Positions 41,907 to 49,902 of a stretch of DNA of 64,000 bases are shown here, piece after piece. Where the stretch lies: NCBI GenBank assembly GCA_049517295.1, contig JBEKSF010000007.1, positions 7,153-71,152 of the forward strand, written 5' to 3'. How positions within the stretch are numbered: position 1 is the first letter of the stretch; every line of letters starts with the position of its first letter. A program made the position numbers and the translations under genes. Below the pieces are notes generated by a model. That model was not told the DNA's origin, searched no databases, and saw only the letters and a program-made list of their open reading frames with translations. Origin of the DNA: Verrucomicrobiota bacterium. GTDB taxonomy: Bacteria; Verrucomicrobiota; Verrucomicrobiia; Limisphaerales; Palsa-1400.

Positions 41907-42232
41907 GTTACTGCTTATATGCGCTCCCCTTGTGTCCCCCTTTCCCCATTCCTGCTCCTCCCGGCGCCCTTAAGCGATTCGCTCTATTTCCATCTTTTTC
42001 AACTCTATTTCCCGATGATCACCACTCGCTCCATAACGCCCAAGCCATTGCGCCAGAGCCGCTTGCAACCACAATGACGGCCCTTCCATTAGCAAAACTT
42101 TTCAACTATTAACACTATTTTGAATTTTTTGCTGTTTTATGAACGACAAGCACCCATCTCCCGTCCTTCCACCGCTGAACGATCCATCCTCCGCCCCCTG
42201 CCCTCCCGGCTCGCGTCGCCCTTTTCACCGCG

Positions 42233-42283
42233 CCCAAAAATCCTCAAAAATGCCAATGATTGCTGCTATTTGCTGCCGATTGC
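42233..42283 (+). repeat. Copy 2 of the dispersed ~45-bp A-tract/palindrome motif
   Basis: cccaaaaatcctcaaaaatgccaatgattgctgctatttgctgccgattgc aligns with 99-143. The palindromic core is interrupted here. Confidence 0.6.
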
Positions 42284-42374
42284 AGCCGGTTGCGCGAGCC
42301 TGGCCTCCTGCCCGCCAATGGCCTCGGAGCGTTCCTCGGCAGTGCGGCGGCGGCCGCGGGCGCCACTCGCCAAC

Positions 42375-43433
42375 TCAGTGCGGCGGGGACAGGATTAACT
42401 CCCGCAGCTTGGCCAGAGACTGGCCGGAATCGATTAACTCCGCCGCCAATTCCCAACCACCGTCGAGGCTGCGGGTTTTTTCAGCCACGAACAGGGCCGC
42501 GGCGGCGTTCAATAAAACAGCGTCGCGCCGGGGGCCGCGGTCTTCGCCGCGCAACAGGCGCCGCACGATCTCCGCGTTGGTCTGCCGGTCGCCCCCCGCC
42601 AAATCGGCCAGCGTGGCGGATTGAATGGGGAAATGGACCGGCAGCAACGAGGAAACGGCTACGCCCCTGGGTTGGTAAAACTCGGCGACCGTGTTCGGGC
42701 CGAGAGTCGAAAGCTCGTCCAGGTGGCGCACGGCCTCGCCGCCCGGGACCGAGCCGGACACCACCATCGCGCGGCGCACTCCCAGCGATTGCAGCACGGT
42801 TGCAATGGGCAGGCACAAATCGGAATGCGGCACCCCTACGAGTTGAACGGCCGGCCGGGCCGGATTCAGGAGCGGGCCGAGGTAATTGAAAATGGTCTTT
42901 TGGCCGCGCTCCCCGCACAGCCGCCGGGCGGGCGCAATGTGCTTGAAGGCGGGGTGGTAGTTGGGCGCGAAAAAAAAGGCGAAATGCCGCTCGCGCAACG
43001 AGCGGGCGGCCTCTTCGGGCGTCAAATCTATTTTTACGCCCAGGGCCTCCAGGACGTCCGCGCTCCCCGCCTGCGAGGTCACCGCCCGGTTGCCGTGCTT
43101 GGCCACGGGCGCGCCGGCCGAGGCGGCCACCAGCGCCACCACCGTCGAAATGTTGAACGTGTTCAGGCGGTCGCCGCCCGTTCCGCAAACGTCCAGGATT
43201 TGCCGCGCCCGCGTTTGGGCATCGACCGGCGGCTGGACGGCGCGCAGGCGCAGTTCGCGGGCGAAGGCGGCGATTTCCGCCGTGGTCTCCCCTTTGCGGG
43301 CCAGGGCGGCGAGGAAGTCCGCCTTCCGACCGATGGGAGCGGTGGCCGTGGTGAGTTCCTCGACCGCGGCGGCTATTTGCCGCTCGGTCAGCGATTCGTT
43401 TTCGGCCAATTGTCGGATCAACGCGTCCAGCAC
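42375..43433 (-). CDS. trpD: Anthranilate phosphoribosyltransferase
   Basis: 352 aa with CGTGGDRLNTFNISTVVALVAASAG and HGNRAVTSQAGSADVLEALG. Confidence 0.95.
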   Translation of the reverse strand: MLDALIRQLAENESLTERQIAAAVEELTTATAPIGRKADFLAALARKGETTAEIAAFARELRLRAVQPPVDAQTRARQILDVCGTGGDRLNTFNISTVVALVAASAGAPVAKHGNRAVTSQAGSADVLEALGVKIDLTPEEAARSLRERHFAFFFAPNYHPAFKHIAPARRLCGERGQKTIFNYLGPLLNPARPAVQLVGVPHSDLCLPIATVLQSLGVRRAMVVSGSVPGGEAVRHLDELSTLGPNTVAEFYQPRGVAVSSLLPVHFPIQSATLADLAGGDRQTNAEIVRRLLRGEDRGPRRDAVLLNAAAALFVAEKTRSLDGGWELAAELIDSGQSLAKLRELILSPPH

Positions 43434-43500
43434 GTGGAAAGTGTAGGAAGAGAAGCGGAACTTTGCTAGTGTTCAGTTTTGCCGCCGGCTATGCCGGCAT

Positions 43501-43530
43501 TGAATCTTAATCTGAATCCTAATCTTAATC
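43501..43530 (+). repeat. Hexanucleotide array (NKAATC)x5 in the trpD/tsaC divergent spacer
   Basis: TGAATC TTAATC TGAATC CTAATC TTAATC. It is preceded by the hairpin GCCGGC-tat-GCCGGC (43484-43498). Confidence 0.85.
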
Positions 43531-43558
43531 ATTAGGACTGGATGGATAACAAAATGAC

Positions 43559-44572
43559 ATGCTCCGGATGAAAACCGAATTGCTCCCGACCCATACGCCC
43601 GCGTTGTTTGAGACGGCGGTGGCGCGCGCGGTCGAATTGCTGCGGGCCGGGCAGGTGGTGGCCCTGCCGACCGAAACGGTCTATGGCCTGGCGGCCAACG
43701 CCTGGGACGCCGCGGCGGTGCGGCGCATTTTCGAGGTGAAGGGGCGTCCGCCGGACAATCCGATCATTGTGCATGTGGCCGGCTTGGAGTTGGCGCGGCG
43801 CTGTGTCTCGGATTGGCCGCCGCTGGCGGCAAAGCTGGCCGCGGCGTTCTGGCCGGGGCCGCTGACGCTGGTGCTGCCGCGGGCCAATGAGATTCCACCC
43901 ATCGTCACGGCGGGAGGGCCGACAGTTGGGGTGCGCTGGCCGAGCCATCCGTTTATACAGGCGGTGATCCGGGCGTGCGGCTTTCCGCTGGCGGCCCCCA
44001 GCGCCAATCCATCCAATCAACTCTCCCCCACCAACGCCGCGCACGTGCGCAAGTATCTCGGAGAACGAATCCCGTTGATTATCGACGGCGGCCAGGCGCA
44101 AGTCGGCATCGAGTCGTCGGTCCTGGACCTGGTTTGTGCGCCGCCCCAATTGTTGCGGCCGGGTATGATCCATGCCCAATCGCTTCTGGCGGTGATGGGA
44201 GGCGACTCGCTGGAAATGGGGCATGGAGGCACGGCGGCGCGGCGCAGCCCCGGCCTGTTGCGAAAACATTACTCGCCCAGAGCCAGGCTGGTGATCCTGC
44301 GCTGGCGCGACGAGGCGGAGTTGGCGGAACAGGTTGACCGCCTGGGGGTGCCGCGCGAGAAGGTCCATATACTGGCGCACAGCGGGATTCCATTGCGGCA
44401 AAGCTTCGGGCGGGTGGCGGTGATACCGCATGAGGCGCAGGCCTACGCGCGGGCACTTTACGCCGAACTGCACCAGTGCGATGAGGGCGGGGCGGCAGTG
44501 ATCGTGGTGGAAGCGCCGCCACAGGACGAGGCCTGGCGCGGGATTGCCGACCGTCTGGGGCGCGCCCGTTGA
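43559..44572 (+). CDS. tsaC: L-threonylcarbamoyladenylate synthase (Sua5/YwlC long form)
   Basis: 337 aa with VALPTETVYGLAANAWDAAAVRRIFEVKGRPPDNPIIVHV, GVRWPSHP, APSANPSNQLSPT and a C-terminal Sua5 domain. An alternative start is ATG 43568. Confidence 0.9.
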   Translation: MLRMKTELLPTHTPALFETAVARAVELLRAGQVVALPTETVYGLAANAWDAAAVRRIFEVKGRPPDNPIIVHVAGLELARRCVSDWPPLAAKLAAAFWPGPLTLVLPRANEIPPIVTAGGPTVGVRWPSHPFIQAVIRACGFPLAAPSANPSNQLSPTNAAHVRKYLGERIPLIIDGGQAQVGIESSVLDLVCAPPQLLRPGMIHAQSLLAVMGGDSLEMGHGGTAARRSPGLLRKHYSPRARLVILRWRDEAELAEQVDRLGVPREKVHILAHSGIPLRQSFGRVAVIPHEAQAYARALYAELHQCDEGGAAVIVVEAPPQDEAWRGIADRLGRAR

Positions 44573-44588
44573 GAGCCGGTGCCCCCTC

Positions 44589-46901
44589 TTACTTATTGAC
44601 AGGAAGGTTGACGGCCGGCGGTTCCAGCTTCGAATTGTAGCTGTTTGTGGCGCGGGTCAGCGTCATAAAGAGAAGGATCAGCACCAGCACCAAAAGCCCC
44701 CCCAAAATGGCCTGCCATATTATGAGCTTTTTGTCTTCCCGGTGCCGGCGGCGGTGCCGCTTCCTCCGTTTTCTATGGACTTCCACCTGACCGGCGGCCG
44801 GAGCACCCGCGGCCACGTTGGTGGCGCCGGCAGCCGCTTTCGGAGCGGAGGCAGGCAGGGGCGCGGAAACCCGCGCCGTCGCCGCGGCACGCCTCGCTAC
44901 GGGCGGCTCCACCGGGACGGTGCGCGAGGGGGCATCCGGCGTCTCCCAGGAAACCGGCAACACGCCAAAATCAACCCGCCGATGCGGCCGCTCTTGGCCG
45001 GCGGGGGCGAGGAGCGCCCAGGTGGATTGCGCGCGGATTTCGCGCACCGATTCGCGATGCTCGTCAATCCGCTCCGCCGGAACGGCATCGGCCAGGGTCG
45101 AGAGTGTCGATTTGACAGTCCAGGAACCGACGAGGGTTGTGCGCTGGCGGGTGAATCGAAGCCAGGGGGTTTCGATGACCCGCTCCTGCACAATGGCCGG
45201 CGGCAGCGCCACGCAGTAAACCTCAAAAATATGCACGACGTTGCAGGGGTGGGGTAGCGCAAATGGCGCGCGCCGGGCGCCTGAATCGGGCATCGTTAGG
45301 AGGTTGGCGATAAAGTCATCGACGATCTCAAGTTTATACCAGCCCGATTTGGCGTCGGCCTTGAGGAAATCCTTGATTTCATAAGTCTCGGCCAGAAGGA
45401 ATTCGTTGGCGGCTCGGTCATCACGGTAGGCCAGCGCCTCCATTCTTTCGGCATGGCCGAAGCGGTCATTGTAAAACTGCGACCGCCGGCGGGCGATCGC
45501 CTCCCCGCCCAGGCTCTCGAATTCGCGGCGCATCTCCTCCGCGTGGCTGCCCCGCGCGCTGACGACCACCGCCAGAAGCGACGTTGTTCCCGACGTGTCG
45601 AGCAGGACAGTCTCCTTGATTTCATAAACGCTGGCGGGCGCCGCGCCGGCCGGCGGCTCCAGCAGATGGGCCGAGGACCGGGCCACGGGCAGGCCCACTC
45701 CGTAATCGCGGATGACCCGGTTCAACGAACCGCCGCCCTGCCGTTTCATGGTGACATCAACCCACCGCGTCTCGCCGCGCACCTGATATTCGACGACCAC
45801 GTGATTGAATAGGGAGGGCATGGGCAACAGGTCCGCCAGCGACTTGCGCAGGTCGGAATTGACCAGGATCAACCGGGCGCCGGTCCCCAGCCGTTTGAGC
45901 AGATGCACCAGCAAAAACGAAAGGTCCTTGCAATCGCCGAACCGGCGTCGTGCCACCACGGCCGGGGCCGCGGGCGCCGAGCCGTCCAGTTCTCCATCCG
46001 TTGCCAGGCAGCGATACTCGTCCTGCACCAACTGGATCGCCTTCTCCGTTTGCGCCAGGATCCCGGGCTGCGCGGCGGCGATTTCCCGCGCCATCGCTTC
46101 GACGCCGGCGTCGGCGGGGTCTTCCGGCCACAATTCGGCAAAGGCGGCGGCGACGGTCTGCCAGTCCGGACAGTCCGAAACCTGGATCCAAGGATAAGCA
46201 ATGTGCCAGTCCGGCGTGTTTTCCTCCGGGCGCAATCCGGGGAGATTCTCGCGCGCCCAAACCCATTTGATTTCGACATTGTCGCGGGTTTCCACTGGGG
46301 CGAGGTCCGGGGCGGAAGACTTCCATTGCATCTGGCGGCCGTCGCCGAAGCGGACGGAGAAGAACAGCCTTCCCAGCGCCGCGCCAGCCGGCAACGGGAA
46401 AAGGCAGGCGCACTGGTCCGGCAACAGGAGAGGATTAGTGTCGATTGTGTAGCACCATTCCACGATGTCGCCGGGCCGCACGTCCTCCAACATCAGCGAG
46501 AGAGTCACGCGTCCGTTGTGGGCCGATGCCCCGCTGTCCGCTTGCGCGGTGCGAATCTGTTCCAATTTGGTGTGATCGAATTGGTCCACGCCCCGGTGCG
46601 TTTTGATCCAATGGAGGATGACGCGCTGGCGGCGCGGATCAAATTCCAGCCGCCATTGGGATTGGCTCTGGACCGCTTCGATGGATTCCAAGCGGATGGC
46701 GGCATGGACGAATTCCTGGTGTTGTTCGGCGTGGAGCTGCTTGCTGGATAACAAAAAAGTGACATGCCCGGGTTGCTTTGGCTTGAAATCAGACCGAAAC
46801 GAACACGGCACAACCCAGGCCGGCAGAGGCCCAAGATGGACCTGTTCCGCGGCGGCGCCCAAGGCATTTCCCGGCTGCGGAACAGTGCTGTCGGCGAGCA
46901 T
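44589..46901 (-). CDS. DUF3857 + transglutaminase-like cysteine protease domain protein with C-terminal membrane anchor
   Basis: The transglutaminase core Cys context is RRRFGDCKDLSFLLVHLLKRLG. The C-terminal basic stretch HRKRRKRHRRRHREDKK is followed by the TM helix LIIWQAILGGLLVLVLILLF. The ORF track start is 46961 (MSWFCKIRL, motif-derived); ATG 46901 is preferred. Confidence 0.7.
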   Translation of the reverse strand: MLADSTVPQPGNALGAAAEQVHLGPLPAWVVPCSFRSDFKPKQPGHVTFLLSSKQLHAEQHQEFVHAAIRLESIEAVQSQSQWRLEFDPRRQRVILHWIKTHRGVDQFDHTKLEQIRTAQADSGASAHNGRVTLSLMLEDVRPGDIVEWCYTIDTNPLLLPDQCACLFPLPAGAALGRLFFSVRFGDGRQMQWKSSAPDLAPVETRDNVEIKWVWARENLPGLRPEENTPDWHIAYPWIQVSDCPDWQTVAAAFAELWPEDPADAGVEAMAREIAAAQPGILAQTEKAIQLVQDEYRCLATDGELDGSAPAAPAVVARRRFGDCKDLSFLLVHLLKRLGTGARLILVNSDLRKSLADLLPMPSLFNHVVVEYQVRGETRWVDVTMKRQGGGSLNRVIRDYGVGLPVARSSAHLLEPPAGAAPASVYEIKETVLLDTSGTTSLLAVVVSARGSHAEEMRREFESLGGEAIARRRSQFYNDRFGHAERMEALAYRDDRAANEFLLAETYEIKDFLKADAKSGWYKLEIVDDFIANLLTMPDSGARRAPFALPHPCNVVHIFEVYCVALPPAIVQERVIETPWLRFTRQRTTLVGSWTVKSTLSTLADAVPAERIDEHRESVREIRAQSTWALLAPAGQERPHRRVDFGVLPVSWETPDAPSRTVPVEPPVARRAAATARVSAPLPASAPKAAAGATNVAAGAPAAGQVEVHRKRRKRHRRRHREDKKLIIWQAILGGLLVLVLILLFMTLTRATNSYNSKLEPPAVNLPVNK

Positions 46902-46941
46902 GGAAAGGTCATTATCAGGAAATACCCGCCAAATCAATCTA

Positions 46942-46960
46942 ATTTTGCAAAACCATGACA
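46942..46960 (+). promoter_or_regulatory. 19-nt motif ATTTTGCAAAACCATGACA (contains perfect palindrome TTTTGCAAAA), copy 1
   Basis: Identical 19-mer to 49884-49902. It lies 38 nt upstream of the histidine kinase ATG 46998. Confidence 0.45.
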
Positions 46961-46997
46961 TTTCCGCCGATTGGTTCCATTATGGTGGCGCGGCACA

Positions 46998-49199
46998 ATG
47001 AAAACGAACCGGCGCCAGCCAAATTTCCTCTGGCAGGGAGTGTTGATTCTGCTTCCGGTGGCGCTGATGGCGGCATTCGGTTTCTGGGCCATCCTCCGGG
47101 AGCGCAACGCGGTGGAACAGGAGGCCCGCCAACGGGCAAAGGAGATTCTTCAGTCGCTTCCGAACGATTTTGGACGACTCGCCGCCATTGAGTTGACACA
47201 ATATGACGGCCCAAAAGGCGGCTGGTTCGATTACCTGCGATTTGGATCGGCCGCGTGGCCGGAAAACAAACTGCGGAAACAGTTACTTTCGAATACCAAC
47301 GAACTTATCGCCATAACCAATGATCTGGCCGATTTAAGACGGGCGTTTCCTGATTGGAATGACGGGCCGCCTCCAATTGTGAGCTTTGTGTTGGACATCA
47401 ATGGCCAAATCGACGGATCGCGCCCAATGCCGCCCTGCCCGCCGGCGTGGTTGCAGGCCCTGTCCGCCAAGCAGTATGAGGCATGGACGGCTTTGGTGGC
47501 GGCACAATACACCCCGGCATCACTGCTCGAACTGGCGCGGCGGGCCACCGCATTTGCGGATTCTCAACCGCCGCCGCACGCGCGCGCCTGCGCCGAATTC
47601 ATCATGTTGCGCGCCGAACTCCAAAGCCAACCCGCGACCAACGCGGTGGAACGGTTAATGCGCTTCGCGAGAAGCTGTGACGCTATCGAAACCGAGAGCG
47701 GCGTGCCGCTGACAACCTTGGCTCTGGCCGAAGCCCTGAAGCGGGCGCAGGGATGCGGGCCAACCGCCGCGCTCTGGGACGGGTTGGAGGCGGAAGTCGC
47801 CTCGCCGGGCGCCCTGACTCCGGGCCTTCTGGACGAAGCGGCGCCTTTGGCGGCCAAGAATCCACAATTATCGGAAGCGATCAAAGCATTGTGGATTCTA
47901 TTGGCGGATAAGCTGGCACAACGCGATTTAGCGGACGCCATCCGACAGAGCAGCAGACTAAACGGCGTCACGACCACCAATCTTTGGGCTGACGCCAGAG
48001 GCGGGCGTTGGTTCTGCATTTTGCAACCGGGGGACACCCAGATCGGGGCAATCATCTCCAATCACCCGGCTTGGACCACCAATATCCATGCCCAGGTTCG
48101 GTGCTATCCCAAATCCCTTGTTGCGCGCAGCTTCGCCGAGGCGCTCGGCACTACAATGGTCGCGTTGCCTGGGTACTTCGGCATATCCGCGGAACTGGAA
48201 GGAGAGGTCGTCCCCTTGCCGGCGTTTGGGAACAACTCGGGTGACGTGCTTGCTGAAGAACAAAGCCGCATGTGGCTGCCCGCCATACTGAGACGCGACC
48301 TCGATAACGGCCAGCGGACGGAAACGCCGTTTGAATCCATGCCCAGCCATCCGCGTTTCACGTTGAGAATCCGCCTTGCCGACCGCAACCTGCTTTACGC
48401 TAAACAACGCCAGCTTCAGCTTATTTTTGGTTCGCTCATTGCGCTTTCGACGCTGGCGGCAATCAGCGGTTTCGTCGCCGCCTATCGTGCGTTTCAACGG
48501 CAACAACAACTCAGCGAAATGAAATCCAATTTTGTCTCCAGCGTTTCCCATGAATTGCGCGCGCCCATCGCCTCGGTGCGGCTGATGGCTGAGAACCTGG
48601 AGCGCGGCAGCGTGGCGGAACCGCGCAAACAAAATGAGTATTTCGGCTTTATAGCCCAGGAATGCCGGCGATTGTCCTCGCTCATTGAAAACATCCTGGA
48701 CTTCTCGCGCATCGAGCAGGGCCGCAAACAATACGAATTTGAGCCGGTGAACCTGGCGGCGATGGCGCGGCAAACGATCCAGTTGATGGAACCCCGCGCC
48801 GCGGACAGGCAGGTTCAATTGGAATCCGCTATCCCCGATAACGCCGAATCCGCCGAGGCCGACGGGAAAGCCATCCAGCAAGCGCTCGTCAACCTGATTG
48901 ACAACGCCATCAAACATTCCCCGAAAGGCGCTTGCGTGCGGGTGGGATTGGATTGCGCCCCCGACTGGTTTCAGCTTTGGGTCGAAGACAAGGGCGACGG
49001 CATCCCCGCCGCCGAGCACGACAAGATATTCGAGCGCTTTTACCGGCGCGGCTCCGAATTGCGCCGCGAAACGCAAGGGGTCGGGATCGGTTTGAGCATT
49101 GTCAAACATATCGTCGAAGCGCACGCCGGGAAGATTCTCGTCCGCAGCCAGCCCGGCCGGGGCAGCCGGTTCACGATTTCATTGCCGGCCAAAAGGTAA
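46998..49199 (+). CDS. Sensor histidine kinase with large extracytoplasmic sensor domain
   Basis: TM1 is near the N-terminus and TM2 is LIFGSLIALSTLAAISGFVAAY. The H-box is SHELRAPIASV. The N box is DNAIKHSP and the G boxes are DKGDGIP and GVGIGLSIV. Confidence 0.9.
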   Translation: MKTNRRQPNFLWQGVLILLPVALMAAFGFWAILRERNAVEQEARQRAKEILQSLPNDFGRLAAIELTQYDGPKGGWFDYLRFGSAAWPENKLRKQLLSNTNELIAITNDLADLRRAFPDWNDGPPPIVSFVLDINGQIDGSRPMPPCPPAWLQALSAKQYEAWTALVAAQYTPASLLELARRATAFADSQPPPHARACAEFIMLRAELQSQPATNAVERLMRFARSCDAIETESGVPLTTLALAEALKRAQGCGPTAALWDGLEAEVASPGALTPGLLDEAAPLAAKNPQLSEAIKALWILLADKLAQRDLADAIRQSSRLNGVTTTNLWADARGGRWFCILQPGDTQIGAIISNHPAWTTNIHAQVRCYPKSLVARSFAEALGTTMVALPGYFGISAELEGEVVPLPAFGNNSGDVLAEEQSRMWLPAILRRDLDNGQRTETPFESMPSHPRFTLRIRLADRNLLYAKQRQLQLIFGSLIALSTLAAISGFVAAYRAFQRQQQLSEMKSNFVSSVSHELRAPIASVRLMAENLERGSVAEPRKQNEYFGFIAQECRRLSSLIENILDFSRIEQGRKQYEFEPVNLAAMARQTIQLMEPRAADRQVQLESAIPDNAESAEADGKAIQQALVNLIDNAIKHSPKGACVRVGLDCAPDWFQLWVEDKGDGIPAAEHDKIFERFYRRGSELRRETQGVGIGLSIVKHIVEAHAGKILVRSQPGRGSRFTISLPAKR

Positions 49200-49201
49200 T
49201 C

Positions 49202-49900
49202 ATGCAACGAATTCTCATCGTCGAAGACGAAACGCCCATGCGAACGGCGCTGGCCGATTTGCTGGCGGCGGAAGGCTACCGCATCTTGACCGCCACCGAT
49301 GGCGAAAACGGCCTCCAACGCGCCCTGGCCGAAAAGCCCGACCTCATCCTGCTGGACGTCATGATGCCCCGGCTCGACGGCTTCGCGCTGTGCGCGGAAC
49401 TGCGCCGCCTCGGCCATGCCATGCCGGTGCTGATGCTCACGGCCAAAGGCCAGGTGGAAGACAGGGTGACGGGATTGGATGCCGGGGCGGACGATTATTT
49501 GGTCAAACCGTTCAGCACCGACGAACTGCTGGCCCGCGTGCGCGCCCTGCTGCGCCGCGTCGAACGCAAAACCAAATCGGCTGTGAGATTAAAGCTGGGC
49601 GACGTGGAAATCGACCTGGCCCGGCAGACGGCGCTGCGGGGCAAACGTCCGGTTCACCTGACGGCCAAGGAATTCGCCATGCTGCGCTTGATGGCCGAGG
49701 CGGAAGGCGCGCCGGTGACGCGCGAGAATTTTCTCGACGCGGTCTGGGGTTACACCGCCTTTCCGACCACGCGCACGGTGGACAACCACATCGCCAGCCT
49801 GCGCGCCAAGCTGGAGAAAAACCCCGACGACCCGCGCTGGCTCAAGACCGTGCATGGTGTGGGCTACAAACTGGAGCAGGCGGATTTTGCAAAACCATGA
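49202..49900 (+). CDS. OmpR/PhoB-family response regulator
   Basis: 232 aa with MQRILIVEDE, LILLDVMMPRLDG and the winged-helix region LTAKEFAMLRLMA...VHGVGYKL. It starts 2 nt after the kinase stop. Confidence 0.9.
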   Translation: MQRILIVEDETPMRTALADLLAAEGYRILTATDGENGLQRALAEKPDLILLDVMMPRLDGFALCAELRRLGHAMPVLMLTAKGQVEDRVTGLDAGADDYLVKPFSTDELLARVRALLRRVERKTKSAVRLKLGDVEIDLARQTALRGKRPVHLTAKEFAMLRLMAEAEGAPVTRENFLDAVWGYTAFPTTRTVDNHIASLRAKLEKNPDDPRWLKTVHGVGYKLEQADFAKP

Positions 49901-49902
49901 CA
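49884..49902 (+). promoter_or_regulatory. 19-nt motif ATTTTGCAAAACCATGACA, copy 2 (spans the RR stop and the next gene's start)
   Basis: Identical to 46942-46960. Here it encodes the RR C-terminus DFAKP-stop and contains the ATGA stop/start overlap. Confidence 0.45.

Noticed and set aside
41753-42624. Pro/Arg-rich ORFs in and around the long spacer (41753-42112, 41793-42077, 42139-42624, 42260-42889).
   Set aside because: They are low-complexity translations of GC-rich non-coding sequence or of the trpD antisense strand. They lack any RBS or start context.
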